The position numbers and the translations under genes are program-made. A model generated the notes under the pieces. That model was not told the DNA's origin. It searched no databases and saw only the letters and a list, made by a program, of their open reading frames with translations. Positions 1 to 9,999 of a DNA stretch of 32,000 nucleotides are shown here, piece after piece (within the stretch, counting starts at the first letter, position 1; every line of letters starts with the position of its first letter). The stretch comes from Pseudomonas aeruginosa. Its GTDB lineage: Bacteria > Pseudomonadota > Gammaproteobacteria > Pseudomonadales > Pseudomonadaceae. The stretch spans positions 1,140,001-1,172,000 of the forward strand of contig NZ_LN831024.1 in assembly GCF_001457615.1 (NCBI RefSeq), written 5' to 3'.

Positions 1-63
1 CTTGGCCGGGTATCGGACGAGGAGGATGACCCAGGTGAGAACCAGCAGCGCACCGATCAGCAT
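1..63 (-). CDS. Partial small membrane protein, N-terminus only (MLIGALLVLTWVILLVRYPAK...), continues off the left edge
   Basis: CAT at 61-63 on + gives a minus-strand ATG with AAAGGA just upstream; open and hydrophobic to the window edge. Confidence 0.55.
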   Translation of the reverse strand, partial: MLIGALLVLTWVILLVRYPAK

Positions 64-234
64 TGAAATGTCCTTTCTTCGAAGCCGAGGGGACATCCTA
101 GCGCACTGCTGCGTATCGCAGGCGGTACGGGCACGCTTACGCGGCGGAGGCGCCGCGATATGCGCAAGGGAGGCCGAAAGTCGGGGATGCGGGTTTCGGC
201 AGGCTGGGGATAGCCGCCGCCCCCGGCCGCGCCG

Positions 235-630
235 TCATTCGCAGCGGCGCTTGCCGCCCGGCGTCAGCAGACGCTCCAGCTCGACGAACAGGCGCTCGGC
301 GTCCTGCGCCTCGCAGTCCTCGCCGTAGCGCTTCTTCAGGCCGTGTTCGCTGAGGGTCAGGTGCAGGGTTGGGACTACCTCGTGGCGCGCCAGGCAGCCT
401 TTCACGCAATGCAGCGGGCAACCGTCGAGGGCCAGGATCGGTCGCCCGGAGCGGGCCCGGCGGACCAGCAGCGGGACGTCGCCGCCGACTCCGGCGATGC
501 AGGACATCTCCGCCAGCCGGGCGCGATCCAGGCGCAGCGCGAGATCGTTGGCCAGTTGCGCCACGTTGGAGCAGCCGGAGCAGGCGTAGACCAGGGGAAG
601 GGGATCGTCGGGGCTGCGTTCGAACATCAT
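235..630 (-). CDS. Putative zinc-binding protein of the DGC-domain type
   Basis: 131 aa ORF with conserved Cys motifs (ACSGC, DGCPLHCVKGC) typical of DGC-domain proteins. ATG at 630 or 627. Confidence 0.8.
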   Translation of the reverse strand: MMFERSPDDPLPLVYACSGCSNVAQLANDLALRLDRARLAEMSCIAGVGGDVPLLVRRARSGRPILALDGCPLHCVKGCLARHEVVPTLHLTLSEHGLKKRYGEDCEAQDAERLFVELERLLTPGGKRRCE

Positions 631-714
631 GACGGGCGCCTCGTGGAAGGAAGCCGCCAGTATCGACGCAGCGCCGCGGTGGATTTCTTGACCGGAATCA
701 AGCCCGCGCGCGGC

Positions 715-1374
715 TCACACCAGGTCGTTCTCCACCGCCCACACCGCGGCCTCGACCCGCGAACGCATGCCGAGCTTGTGCAGCACCCGCTTGACATGGA
801 CCTTCACCGTGCCTTCGGTGATGTCCAGCTTTCGCGCGATCATCTTGTTGCTGTAGCCGTGGGCGATCTGGCGGAGGATCTGCCGTTCGCGCTCGGTCAG
901 CTCGTCGAGGCTCTTCGAGCGGTCGTCGCCCCGCAGGGCCTGGGCGAGGATCTGGGTCAACTGCGGGCTGAGGGTCATCTGTCCGGTGGCGGCCTGGCGG
1001 ATGTGCTCGAGCAGGCGCTCCGGCTCCATGTCCTTGAGCAGGTAGCCGTCGGCGCCGGCGCGCAGGACGTTGACCACGTCGCCCTTGTCGTCGGACACGG
1101 TGAACACCACGATGCGCGCGTCGACTCCGGCCTCGCGCAACGCGCGCAGGGTATCCAGGCCGTTCATGCCCTTCATGTTCAGGTCCAGCAGGATCATGTC
1201 CGGGTCCAGCTCGGCGGCCAGGCGCAGGGCTTCCTCGCCGCTGCCGGCCTCGCCGACCACGCTGAGGTCGTCTTCCAGTTCGAGCAACTGGGCGACGCCC
1301 TTGCGCATCATCGGATGGTCGTCCACCAGCAGCAGGCGAACCGGCTCGTCGGCGGTGGCTGGCATGTCCGTCAT
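715..1374 (-). CDS. narL: Nitrate/nitrite response regulator NarL (receiver plus LuxR-type HTH)
   Basis: 219 aa; receiver motif [13 protein letters not shown], phosphoacceptor [12 protein letters not shown]-terminal [43 protein letters not shown]. Overlaps narX by ATGA. Confidence 0.97.
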   Translation of the reverse strand: MTDMPATADEPVRLLLVDDHPMMRKGVAQLLELEDDLSVVGEAGSGEEALRLAAELDPDMILLDLNMKGMNGLDTLRALREAGVDARIVVFTVSDDKGDVVNVLRAGADGYLLKDMEPERLLEHIRQAATGQMTLSPQLTQILAQALRGDDRSKSLDELTERERQILRQIAHGYSNKMIARKLDITEGTVKVHVKRVLHKLGMRSRVEAAVWAVENDLV

Positions 1375-3239
1375 GGGGTCGGCTCCTTGGCGGCGGAGGG
1401 TTGCAGGGCGGTCGGCACGAAGCTGAAGAGCACTCGCGTGCCGTGGGGCGCGCGCGCTTCGAAGCGCAACTGGCTGCCGAGGGTCTGGCCGCGCTCCTGC
1501 ATGATGGTAAGCCCATAATGGCCGCTACGGTTCTGCTGCGGATCAAAGCCGACGCCATCGTCCTCGACGGCGATGCTCACCTGGCCGTCGGCCTGGCTGC
1601 TCAGGCGCACCCAGGCCCGTTGCGCCTGCGAATGGCGAACCACGTTGGAGAGCGCCTCGCGGACGATCTGCAGGACGTGGATTTCCTCGTTGGGGCTCAG
1701 CGGCACGTGTTGCAGGCGGTTGTCCAGTTCGATCGTCACCTCGCCGCGCTCGCCGAACTCGGCCACGGCGTTCCCCAGCGCGGCTTCCAGGCTCGGCTCG
1801 TCGAGGCTGAGGCGGAAGGTGGTGAGCAGTTCGCGCAGTTGCCGGTAGGCGCCGTTGAGGCCTTCGCGCAGTTCGTCGAGGGTGTCCTCGATCTTCTCCG
1901 CCGGCGCCTCGCGCTTGAGCAGGGTGCCCAGGCGGCTGACCTGGATCTTCAGGTAGGACAGCGACTGTGCCAGCGAGTCGTGCAGTTCGCGGGCGATGGT
2001 GCCGCGCTCGGCGAACAGGGCCAGGCGGCTTTCCTGTTCCTGTTGCAGGGACAGGGCGAAGGTGCGGGCGATGTTGTCGCAGAAGGTCTCGATCAGTTGC
2101 TGCTGCCAGTTCTCCAGGCGGCCGCTGCGGCTTTCGATGAACAGTTCGCCGAAACGGTGGCCGGCGATGGACAGGGGCTGCATCAGCAATGGCTGGGCCA
2201 GGGACGAGGGTTGGTCGCAGGCGCTGGCCTGCTCGCGGCAGCTACCGCAGTCGCCCTGCAGGCAGAAGTCCGCCGGGCGCTCGGTGGTGGTCAGCGAACT
2301 GTAGGCGCGCTCGACCCCGTCCTTGTTCAGGCAGAGGGTCACGCGGCCGGCGTCGAGCACTTTCTCCAACTGGTTCAGCAGCGGTTGCAGGGTGCGGCTG
2401 TCGTAGGGGTTCTCGCCCAGCCGGCGGGCGCTGGCGTAGAGCAGTTCGAGGCGCTGGTGGCTCTGCGAGAGGGCGCGGGTCTTGTCCTCCACGCGCTCTT
2501 CCAGGTCGCCGTAGATGCTCTTCAGCTCGCCGGCCATCTGGTTGAAGCGCTCGCCCAGTTGCGCCAGTTCGTCCTCGCCGCTGTAGGTGACCCGCGCGTC
2601 CAGCTCGCCGCGGCCCAGGCGGCGGGCGGTGCTGGTGAGTTCGCGCAGCGGGCCGATGACGTGATAGCTGAGGTCGTAGAGGGTGACGAACACCACCAGC
2701 AGGCTGAGGAACAGGCACAGGCCCTGCACCGTGCTGAGCAGTTGCGAGCGGCGCTCGGCCTTGGCCTGGAGGATGCCGACGAAACGGTCGATGTCGCCGA
2801 CGTAGGCGTCCAGCACGGCGCGTCCGGGCAGCGCGCGCGGGTCCAGGCGCGCGAGGCCCTCGCGCAGCTCCTGGTGCAACTGGCGGATCGGGTCGTCGGC
2901 GTCCTGGCGTTGCAGCAGGCGGCGGATGTCGCCGCTGTCGAGGCGTTCGCCGAGGGTCCCGAGCAGCGCCTGGCGGCCTTCCAGGCTGGGCTCCAGGGCG
3001 ACCCGGTAGGTGAGCATGCGCAACGAGCCGGCGTGGTTGATCACCGCGGCGTCCTGGTGCGTGTAGTCGGCGAAGAGCAGGGCGCTGAACATCCCGATCA
3101 GCGCCAGCGATACCAGCAGGGTGAGGTAGCAGCCGAAGCGGACTACCAGGGAGCGGCGCAGGATCGGCTTTCCGGCCCTGTCACTACCTCCAAAGAATCT
3201 GTCCCGCTGGTCAGCGTCCGGTGCGGTCGCCTTGTTCAT
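1371..3239 (-). CDS. narX: Nitrate/nitrite sensor histidine kinase NarX
   Basis: 622 aa; N-terminal TM, P-box-like [18 protein letters not shown] region, HisKA_3 H-box [23 protein letters not shown], HATPase DDGVGFD. Next to narL. Confidence 0.96.
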   Translation of the reverse strand: MNKATAPDADQRDRFFGGSDRAGKPILRRSLVVRFGCYLTLLVSLALIGMFSALLFADYTHQDAAVINHAGSLRMLTYRVALEPSLEGRQALLGTLGERLDSGDIRRLLQRQDADDPIRQLHQELREGLARLDPRALPGRAVLDAYVGDIDRFVGILQAKAERRSQLLSTVQGLCLFLSLLVVFVTLYDLSYHVIGPLRELTSTARRLGRGELDARVTYSGEDELAQLGERFNQMAGELKSIYGDLEERVEDKTRALSQSHQRLELLYASARRLGENPYDSRTLQPLLNQLEKVLDAGRVTLCLNKDGVERAYSSLTTTERPADFCLQGDCGSCREQASACDQPSSLAQPLLMQPLSIAGHRFGELFIESRSGRLENWQQQLIETFCDNIARTFALSLQQEQESRLALFAERGTIARELHDSLAQSLSYLKIQVSRLGTLLKREAPAEKIEDTLDELREGLNGAYRQLRELLTTFRLSLDEPSLEAALGNAVAEFGERGEVTIELDNRLQHVPLSPNEEIHVLQIVREALSNVVRHSQAQRAWVRLSSQADGQVSIAVEDDGVGFDPQQNRSGHYGLTIMQERGQTLGSQLRFEARAPHGTRVLFSFVPTALQPSAAKEPTP

Positions 3240-3284
3240 GAGAAAAGCCTTTTAAAACAGTTAGTTGCGCAATAATTTCAGCCG

Positions 3285-3300
3285 TACCTCTTTCGAGGTA
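3285..3300. promoter_or_regulatory. Candidate NarL site, 7-2-7 inverted heptamers TACCTCT-TT-CGAGGTA
   Basis: Exact inverted repeat of NarL-type TACYYCT-like heptamers in the narX/narK1 divergent intergenic region. Confidence 0.8.
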
Positions 3301-3337
3301 GGGGCGCGCATCTAGGCACGGAACGGCCGGTATTTCA

Positions 3338-3351
3338 TTGATTCCTATCAA
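3338..3351. promoter_or_regulatory. Candidate ANR/FNR box TTGATTCCTATCAA
   Basis: Perfect TTGAT-N4-ATCAA, about 63 bp upstream of the narK1 ATG. Confidence 0.92.
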
Positions 3352-3413
3352 ATTTGCATAGGAACACCTTCCCTAGGCTCTCGCTGAACGCTGTCCGTGC
3401 AGAGAGTTTAGCC

Positions 3414-4709
3414 ATGGCTTCCCTACGTCAGAAACAGTACTCCGTCCTCGGCATGAGTACCTTGTCCTTCGCGGTGAATTTCGCCGTGTGGACGATGTTT
3501 TCGATCATCGGCATCCGCATCAAGGACGAGCTCGGCCTGAGCGAATCCCAGTTCGGCCTGATGGTCGCCCTGCCGATCCTCACCGGCTCCCTGGTGCGCC
3601 TGCCGCTGGGCCTGATCACCGACCGCTTCGGCGGCCGCATCGTGTTCTTCATCCACATGCTGCTGGTGGCCATCCCGATCTACGGCCTGGCCTTCGCCAG
3701 CCAGTACTGGCACTACCTGGTGCTCGGCCTGTTCGTCGGCCTGGCCGGCGGCTCCTTCGCGGTCGGCATCGCCTACACCTCGGCCTGGTTCGAGAAGGAG
3801 CGCCAGGGCACCGCGATGGGCATCTTCGGTGCTGGCAATGCCGGCGCGGCGATCACCAACCTGGTGGCGCCGATGATCGTGGTCGCCTTCGGCTGGCGCA
3901 TGGTGCCGCAGGTCTACTCGGTGGCCATGCTGGTCACCGCCGTGCTGTTCTGGCTGTTCACCTGGACCGATCCGGCGCACCTCAAGGGTGCCGCCGAGGC
4001 CAGCCAGCGGCCGACCCTGGCCAAGCAACTGGCGCCGCTCGCCGAGCTGCGCGTCTGGCGCTTCGGCCTGTACTACTTCTTCGTCTTCGGCGGCTTCGTC
4101 GCCCTGGCCCTGTGGCTGCCGAAGTACTACATCGCCGAATACGGCCTGGACCTGAAGACCGCGTCCTTCATCACCATGCTGTTCACCCTGCCGTCCGGCC
4201 TGATCCGCGCCCTCGGTGGCTGGTTCAGCGACCACTACGGCGCGCGCTCGGTGAATTGGGGCGTGTTCTGGGTCTGCCTGGTGTGCCTGTTCTTCCTCTC
4301 CTACCCGCAGACCACCATGACCATCCACGGCATCCAGGGCGACCTCAGCCTGGGCATCGGCCTGAACGTCTGGCTGTTCACCTTCCTGGTGTTCGTCGTC
4401 GGCATCGCCCAGGGCTTCGGCAAGGCCAGCGTGTACCGGATCATCCACGACTACTACCCGAGCAACATGGGCACCGTCGGCGGCATGGTCGGGGTGATCG
4501 GCGGCCTCGGCGGCTTCTGCCTGCCGATCCTGTTCGGCTACGCCGCCGACCACATCGGCGTGCGCTCCTCCTGCTTCATGTTGCTGTTCGGCCTGACCGT
4601 GGTCTGCATGGTCTGGATGCACTACGCGATCAAGCAGCAACGCCGCATCGACGGCCAGGCCGCCTCGGCCGACGTCGACCTTCCTCCCACCCTTCCCACC
4701 CACTCCTGA
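3414..4709 (+). CDS. narK1: Nitrate/nitrite transporter NarK1 (MFS)
   Basis: 431 aa from ATG 3414 (MASLRQKQYSVLGMSTLSFAVNF); 12-TM NarK-type sequence with GGRIVFF and GNAGAAITNLVAP. The tracked ORF start at TTG 3354 lies just after the ANR box and is unlikely. Confidence 0.95.
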   Translation: MASLRQKQYSVLGMSTLSFAVNFAVWTMFSIIGIRIKDELGLSESQFGLMVALPILTGSLVRLPLGLITDRFGGRIVFFIHMLLVAIPIYGLAFASQYWHYLVLGLFVGLAGGSFAVGIAYTSAWFEKERQGTAMGIFGAGNAGAAITNLVAPMIVVAFGWRMVPQVYSVAMLVTAVLFWLFTWTDPAHLKGAAEASQRPTLAKQLAPLAELRVWRFGLYYFFVFGGFVALALWLPKYYIAEYGLDLKTASFITMLFTLPSGLIRALGGWFSDHYGARSVNWGVFWVCLVCLFFLSYPQTTMTIHGIQGDLSLGIGLNVWLFTFLVFVVGIAQGFGKASVYRIIHDYYPSNMGTVGGMVGVIGGLGGFCLPILFGYAADHIGVRSSCFMLLFGLTVVCMVWMHYAIKQQRRIDGQAASADVDLPPTLPTHS

Positions 4710-4721
4710 GGTAATGCCGTC

Positions 4722-6128
4722 ATGGGCATGATCGCCAATACCCAACTGAAAGCCGCACGGGGACCGCTGCTGCTCGACTGGCGCCCCGAGGACCCCGAGT
4801 TCTGGGCGCGCAACGGCAAGCGCATCGCCAGCCGCAACCTGTGGATCTCGATCCCCGCGCTGCTGCTCGCCTTCGCCGTGTGGATGATCTGGAGCACAGT
4901 GACCGTGCGCCTGAACAGCGCCGGCTTCGCCTTCAGCAACGACCAGTTGTTCCTGCTCGCGGCGCTGCCGTCGATCTCCGGCGCCACCCTGCGGGTGTTC
5001 TATTCGTTCATGGTGCCGATCTTCGGCGGTCGTCGCTGGACCGCCCTGAGCACCGCCTCGATGCTGATCCCGTGCATCTGGCTGGGCTTCGCCGTGCAGG
5101 ACCCGAGCACCCCGTACTGGGTGTTCGCCCTGATCGCGCTGCTCTGCGGCTTCGGCGGCGGCAACTTCGCCTCGAGCATGTCCAACATCAGCTTCTTCTA
5201 TCCGAAGAGCCAGCAGGGCACCGCCCTCGGCCTGAATGCCGGGCTCGGCAACCTCGGCGTCTCGGTGATGCAGTTCGCCGTGCCGCTGGCGGTGGCCGGC
5301 GGCCTGTTCGGCGCCTTCGGTGGTGAGCCGCAGCAGCTCGGCGACGGCGGTCGCCTGTGGCTGCAGAACGCCGGCTGGATCTGGGTGCCGTTCATCGCCG
5401 TGGTATCGGTCGCGGCCTGGTTCGGGATGAACGACATCGCCGACGCCAAGGCCTCGTTCCGCGACCAGGCGGTGATCTTCAAGCGCAAGCACAACTGGCT
5501 GATGTGCTGGCTGTACGTGGCCACCTTCGGCTCGTTCATCGGCTTCTCGGCCGGCTTCGCGATGCTCAGCAAGACCCAGTTCCCCGACATCAACCCGCTG
5601 CAATACGCCTTCCTCGGTCCGCTGGTGGGCGCCCTCAGCCGGCCCCTGGGCGGCTGGCTGGCGGACAAGTTCGGCGGCGCGCGGATCACCCTGTGGAACT
5701 ACGCACTGATGATCGGCGGGGTGTTCGCGGTGATCGCCTTCCTGCCGGGCGACGGCGGCCAGGGCAACTTCTTCGGCTTCCTTGGCGCCTTCATCCTGCT
5801 GTTCTTCTTCGCCGGCATCGGCAACGGCTCAACCTTCCGCATGATCCCGGTGATCTTCCGCAACGAGTGGGCCCGGCGGGTGCGCGACGGCCAGGCCGAC
5901 GAAGCCGGCGCGGCGCGCAACGCGAGCATGGAGTCGGCCGCGGTGATCGGCTTCTCCGCCGCCATCGGCGCCTTCGGCGGGTTCTTCATCCCGAAGGCGT
6001 TCGGCACCTCGCTGCACATGACCGGCAGCGCCGAGGGCGCCCTCTACGTGTTCATCGCCTACTACCTGAGCTGCATCGTCGCCACCTGGTGGTGGTACGC
6101 GCGCAAGGGTGCGGAGAGTCCCTGTTGA
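4722..6128 (+). CDS. narK2: Nitrate/nitrite transporter NarK2 (MFS)
   Basis: 468 aa; nitrate-signature-like segments (FGGGNFASSMSNISFFYPKSQQGTALGLNAGLGNLGVS, FAGIGNGSTFRMIPVIF); directly after narK1 and before narG. Confidence 0.95.
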   Translation: MGMIANTQLKAARGPLLLDWRPEDPEFWARNGKRIASRNLWISIPALLLAFAVWMIWSTVTVRLNSAGFAFSNDQLFLLAALPSISGATLRVFYSFMVPIFGGRRWTALSTASMLIPCIWLGFAVQDPSTPYWVFALIALLCGFGGGNFASSMSNISFFYPKSQQGTALGLNAGLGNLGVSVMQFAVPLAVAGGLFGAFGGEPQQLGDGGRLWLQNAGWIWVPFIAVVSVAAWFGMNDIADAKASFRDQAVIFKRKHNWLMCWLYVATFGSFIGFSAGFAMLSKTQFPDINPLQYAFLGPLVGALSRPLGGWLADKFGGARITLWNYALMIGGVFAVIAFLPGDGGQGNFFGFLGAFILLFFFAGIGNGSTFRMIPVIFRNEWARRVRDGQADEAGAARNASMESAAVIGFSAAIGAFGGFFIPKAFGTSLHMTGSAEGALYVFIAYYLSCIVATWWWYARKGAESPC

Positions 6129-6203
6129 GTCCGTCGGCAGCAGCCCGCGGCAACCCCTGATTAGCGTTGTAACGCCCGGCACAGACCGGGTGAGGAGATC
6201 AAG

Positions 6204-9200
6204 ATGAGTCACCTGCTCGACCGCCTGCAGTTCTTCAAGAAGAAGCAGGGTGAATTCGCCGATGGCCACGGCGAGACCAGCAACGAGAGCCGCGCCTGGG
6301 AAGGTGCCTACCGGCAGCGCTGGCAGCACGACAAGATCGTGCGCTCCACCCACGGGGTGAACTGCACCGGCTCCTGCTCCTGGAAGATCTACGTGAAGAA
6401 CGGCCTGATCACCTGGGAAACCCAGCAGACCGACTACCCGCGCACCCGTCCGGACCTGCCCAACCACGAGCCGCGCGGCTGCCCGCGCGGGGCCAGCTAT
6501 TCCTGGTACATCTACAGCGCCAACCGCCTGAAGTACCCGAAGGTGCGCAAGCCGTTGCTCAAGCTCTGGCGCGAGGCGCGGGCGCAGCACGGCGACCCGG
6601 TGAACGCCTGGGCCAGCATCGTCGAGGACGCCGCCAAGGCGAAGAGCTACAAGAGCCAGCGCGGCCTGGGCGGCTTCGTCCGTTCCAGCTGGGACGAGGT
6701 CACCGAGATCATCGCCGCGGCCAACGTCTACACCGCCAAGACCTACGGTCCGGACCGGGTGATCGGCTTCTCGCCGATCCCGGCCATGTCGATGGTCAGC
6801 TACGCCGCCGGCGCCCGCTACCTGTCGCTGATCGGCGGGGTCTGCCTGAGCTTCTACGACTGGTACTGCGACCTGCCGCCGGCCAGCCCGCAGATCTGGG
6901 GCGAGCAGACCGACGTGCCGGAGTCGGCCGACTGGTACAACTCCAGCTACATCATCGCCTGGGGCTCCAACGTGCCGCAGACGCGGACCCCGGACGCGCA
7001 CTTCTTCACCGAGGTGCGCTACAAGGGCACCAAGACCGTCTCCATCACCCCGGACTATTCCGAGGTGGCCAAGCTCACCGACCTCTGGCTCAACCCCAAG
7101 CAGGGCACCGACGCCGCGCTGGGCATGGCCTTCGGTCACGTGATCCTGAAGGAGTTCCACCTCGACCGGCCGAGCGCCTACTTCGTCGACTACTGCCGCC
7201 AGTACACCGACATGCCGATGCTGGTGTTGCTGGAAGAACACGCCGGCGGCGCGTTCAAGCCGACCCGCTACCTGCGCGCCGCCGACCTGGCGGACAACCT
7301 CGGCCAGGACAACAACCCCGAGTGGAAGACCATCGCCTACGACGAGCGCAGCGGCGGGCTGGTCTCGCCCACCGGCGCCATCGGCTACCGCTGGGGCGAG
7401 TCTGGCAAGTGGAACATCGCCGAGCTGGACGGCAGGAGCGGTGACCAGACGCGCCTGCAACTGTCGCTGCTCGATGGCCCGGAACATGCCTGCGAGGTGG
7501 CCTTCCCGTACTTCGCCGGGCAGGAGCACCCGCACTTCAAGGGCGTCGCCAACGACGAGGTACTGCTGCGCCGGGTGCCGTTCCGCGAGATCGTCGCGGC
7601 GGACGGCAAGCGCCTGCGGGTGGCCACCGTCTATGACCTGCAGATGGCCAACTACAGCATCGACCGCGGCCTGGGCGGCGACAACGTGGCGACCTCCTAC
7701 GAGGACGCCGACACGCCCTATACCCGGCCTGGCAGGAGCGCATCACCGGCGTCCCGGCGGCGCGCGCGACGCAGGTCGCCCGCGAGTTCGCCGACAGCGC
7801 CGACAAGACCCGCGGCAAGGCGATGGTGATCATCGGCGCGGCGATGAACCACTGGTACCACATGGACATGAACTACCGCGCGGTCATCAACATGCTGATG
7901 ATGTGCGGCTGCATCGGCCAGAGCGGCGGCGGCTGGGCGCACTATGTCGGCCAGGAGAAGCTGCGCCCGCAGACCGGCTGGGCGCCGCTGGCCTTCGGCC
8001 TGGACTGGAGCCGGCCGCCGCGGCAGATGAACGGCACCAGCTTCTTCTACCTGCACAGCTCGCAATGGCGCCACGAGAAGCTGTCGATGCACGAGGTGCT
8101 GTCGCCGCTGGCCGACGCCAGCCGCTTCGCCGAACACGCCCTGGACTACAACATCCAGGCCGAACGCCTCGGCTGGCTGCCGTCGGCGCCGCAACTGAAC
8201 CGCAACCCGCTGCGCATCGCCGCCGAGGCCGAGGCCGCCGGCCTGCCGGTCGCCGACTATGTGGTGCGCGAACTGAAGAGCGGCGGCCTGCGCTTCGCCA
8301 GCGAATCGCCGGACGATCCGCAGAACTTCCCGCGCAACATGTTCATCTGGCGCTCCAACCTGCTGGGCTCCTCCGGCAAGGGGCACGAGTACATGCTCAA
8401 GTACCTGCTCGGGGCGAAGAACGGGGTGATGAACGATGACCTCGGCAAGGCCGGCGGTCCGCGTCCCACCGAGGTCGACTGGGTCAACGACGGTGCCGAG
8501 GGCAAGCTCGACCTGGTCACCACCCTGGACTTCCGCATGTCCTCCACCTGCATGTACTCGGACATCGTCCTGCCGACCGCTACCTGGTACGAGAAGGACG
8601 ACCTCAACACCTCCGACATGCACCCCTTCATCCATCCGCTGTCGGCGGCCACCGATCCGGCCTGGGAAGCCAAGAGCGACTGGGAGATTTACAAGGCCAT
8701 CGCCAAGAAGTTCTCCGCCGTCGCCGAAGGCCACCTCGGCGTGGAGCAGGACCTGGTCACGGTGCCGCTGCTGCATGACACCCCCACCGAGCTGGCGCAG
8801 CCGTTCGGCGGCGACGGCCATGACTGGAAGAAGGGCGAGTGCGAGCCGATGCCGGGACGCAACCTGCCGACGCTGCACCTGATCGAGCGCGACTACCCGA
8901 ACGTCTACCGCAAGTTCACCTCGCTCGGTCCGCTGCTGGACAAGCTGGGCAACGGCGGCAAGGGCATCGGCTGGAACACCGAGAAGGAAGTGAAGCTGGT
9001 CGGCGACCTCAACCATCGCGTCGTCGAGAGCGGCGTCAGCCAGGGCCGGCCGCGCATCGACAGCGCCATCGACGCCGCCGAGGTGGTCCTCGCCCTGGCT
9101 CCGGAAACCAACGGCCAGGTCGCGGTCAAGGCCTGGGAAGCGCTGTCGAAGATCACCGGCCGCGAGCACGCCCACCTGGCGCTGCCCAAGGAAGACGAGA

Positions 9201-9988
9201 AGATCCGCTTCCGCGACATCCAGGTGCAGCCGCGCAAGATCATCTCCAGCCCGACCTGGTCCGGCCTCGAGGACGAGCACGTCAGCTACAACGCCGGCTA
9301 CACCAACGTCCACGAGCTGATCCCGTGGCGCACCATCACCGGTCGCCAGCAGTTCTACCAGGACCACCCGTGGATGCAGGCGTTCGGCGAAGGCTTCGTC
9401 AGCTACCGGCCGCCGGTCAACACCCGGACCACCGAGAAGCTGTTGAACAGGAAGCCCAACGGCAACCCGGAGATCACCCTGAACTGGATCACCCCGCACC
9501 AGAAATGGGGCATCCACTCCACCTACAGCGACAACCTGCTGATGCTCACCCTGTCGCGCGGCGGTCCGATCATCTGGCTCAGCGAGCACGACGCGGCCAA
9601 GGCCGGGATCGTCGATAACGACTGGGTCGAGGTGTTCAACGCCAACGGCGCGGCGACCTGCCGCGCGGTGGTCAGCCAGCGGGTCAAGGACGGCATGGTG
9701 ATGATGTACCACGCCCAGGAACGCATCGTGAACGTACCCGGCAGCGAGACCACCGGCACCCGTGGCGGCCACCACAACTCGGTGACCCGCGTGGTGCTCA
9801 AGCCGACCCACATGATCGGCGGCTACGCCCAGCAGGCCTGGGGCTTCAACTACTACGGCACGGTCGGCTGCAACCGCGACGAGTTCGTCGTGGTGCGCAA
9901 GATGAGCAAGGTCGACTGGCTGGACGAACCCCGCCACGGCGGACTCGGCGGCGACGCCCTGCCGCAACCGCTGCCCCAGGACATTTGA
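6204..9988 (+). pseudogene. narG: Respiratory nitrate reductase alpha subunit NarG, split by an apparent single-nucleotide deletion
   Basis: ORF 6204-7829 encodes NarG N-terminal sequence up to TPYT; true NarG sequence resumes in the other frame (MVIIGAAMNHWYHMDMNYRAVINMLMMCGCIG...) and ends at 9988. Span 3785 nt = 3 x 1262 - 1, exactly one base short of an intact 1261-codon gene plus stop. Confidence 0.9.
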
Positions 9989-9999
9989 GGAGAGACGCC

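Noticed and set aside
1401-3275. 624 aa plus-strand ORF antisense to narX
   Set aside because: Repetitive Ala/Gln/Leu composition and full overlap with well-supported narX.
3423-5603. 726 aa minus-strand ORF antisense to narK1/narK2
   Set aside because: His/Glu/Asp-repetitive product typical of antisense frames in high-GC DNA; the plus strand encodes clear NarK transporters.
7718-9967. 749 aa minus-strand ORF antisense to narG
   Set aside because: Low-complexity antisense translation; the plus strand is recognisable NarG.
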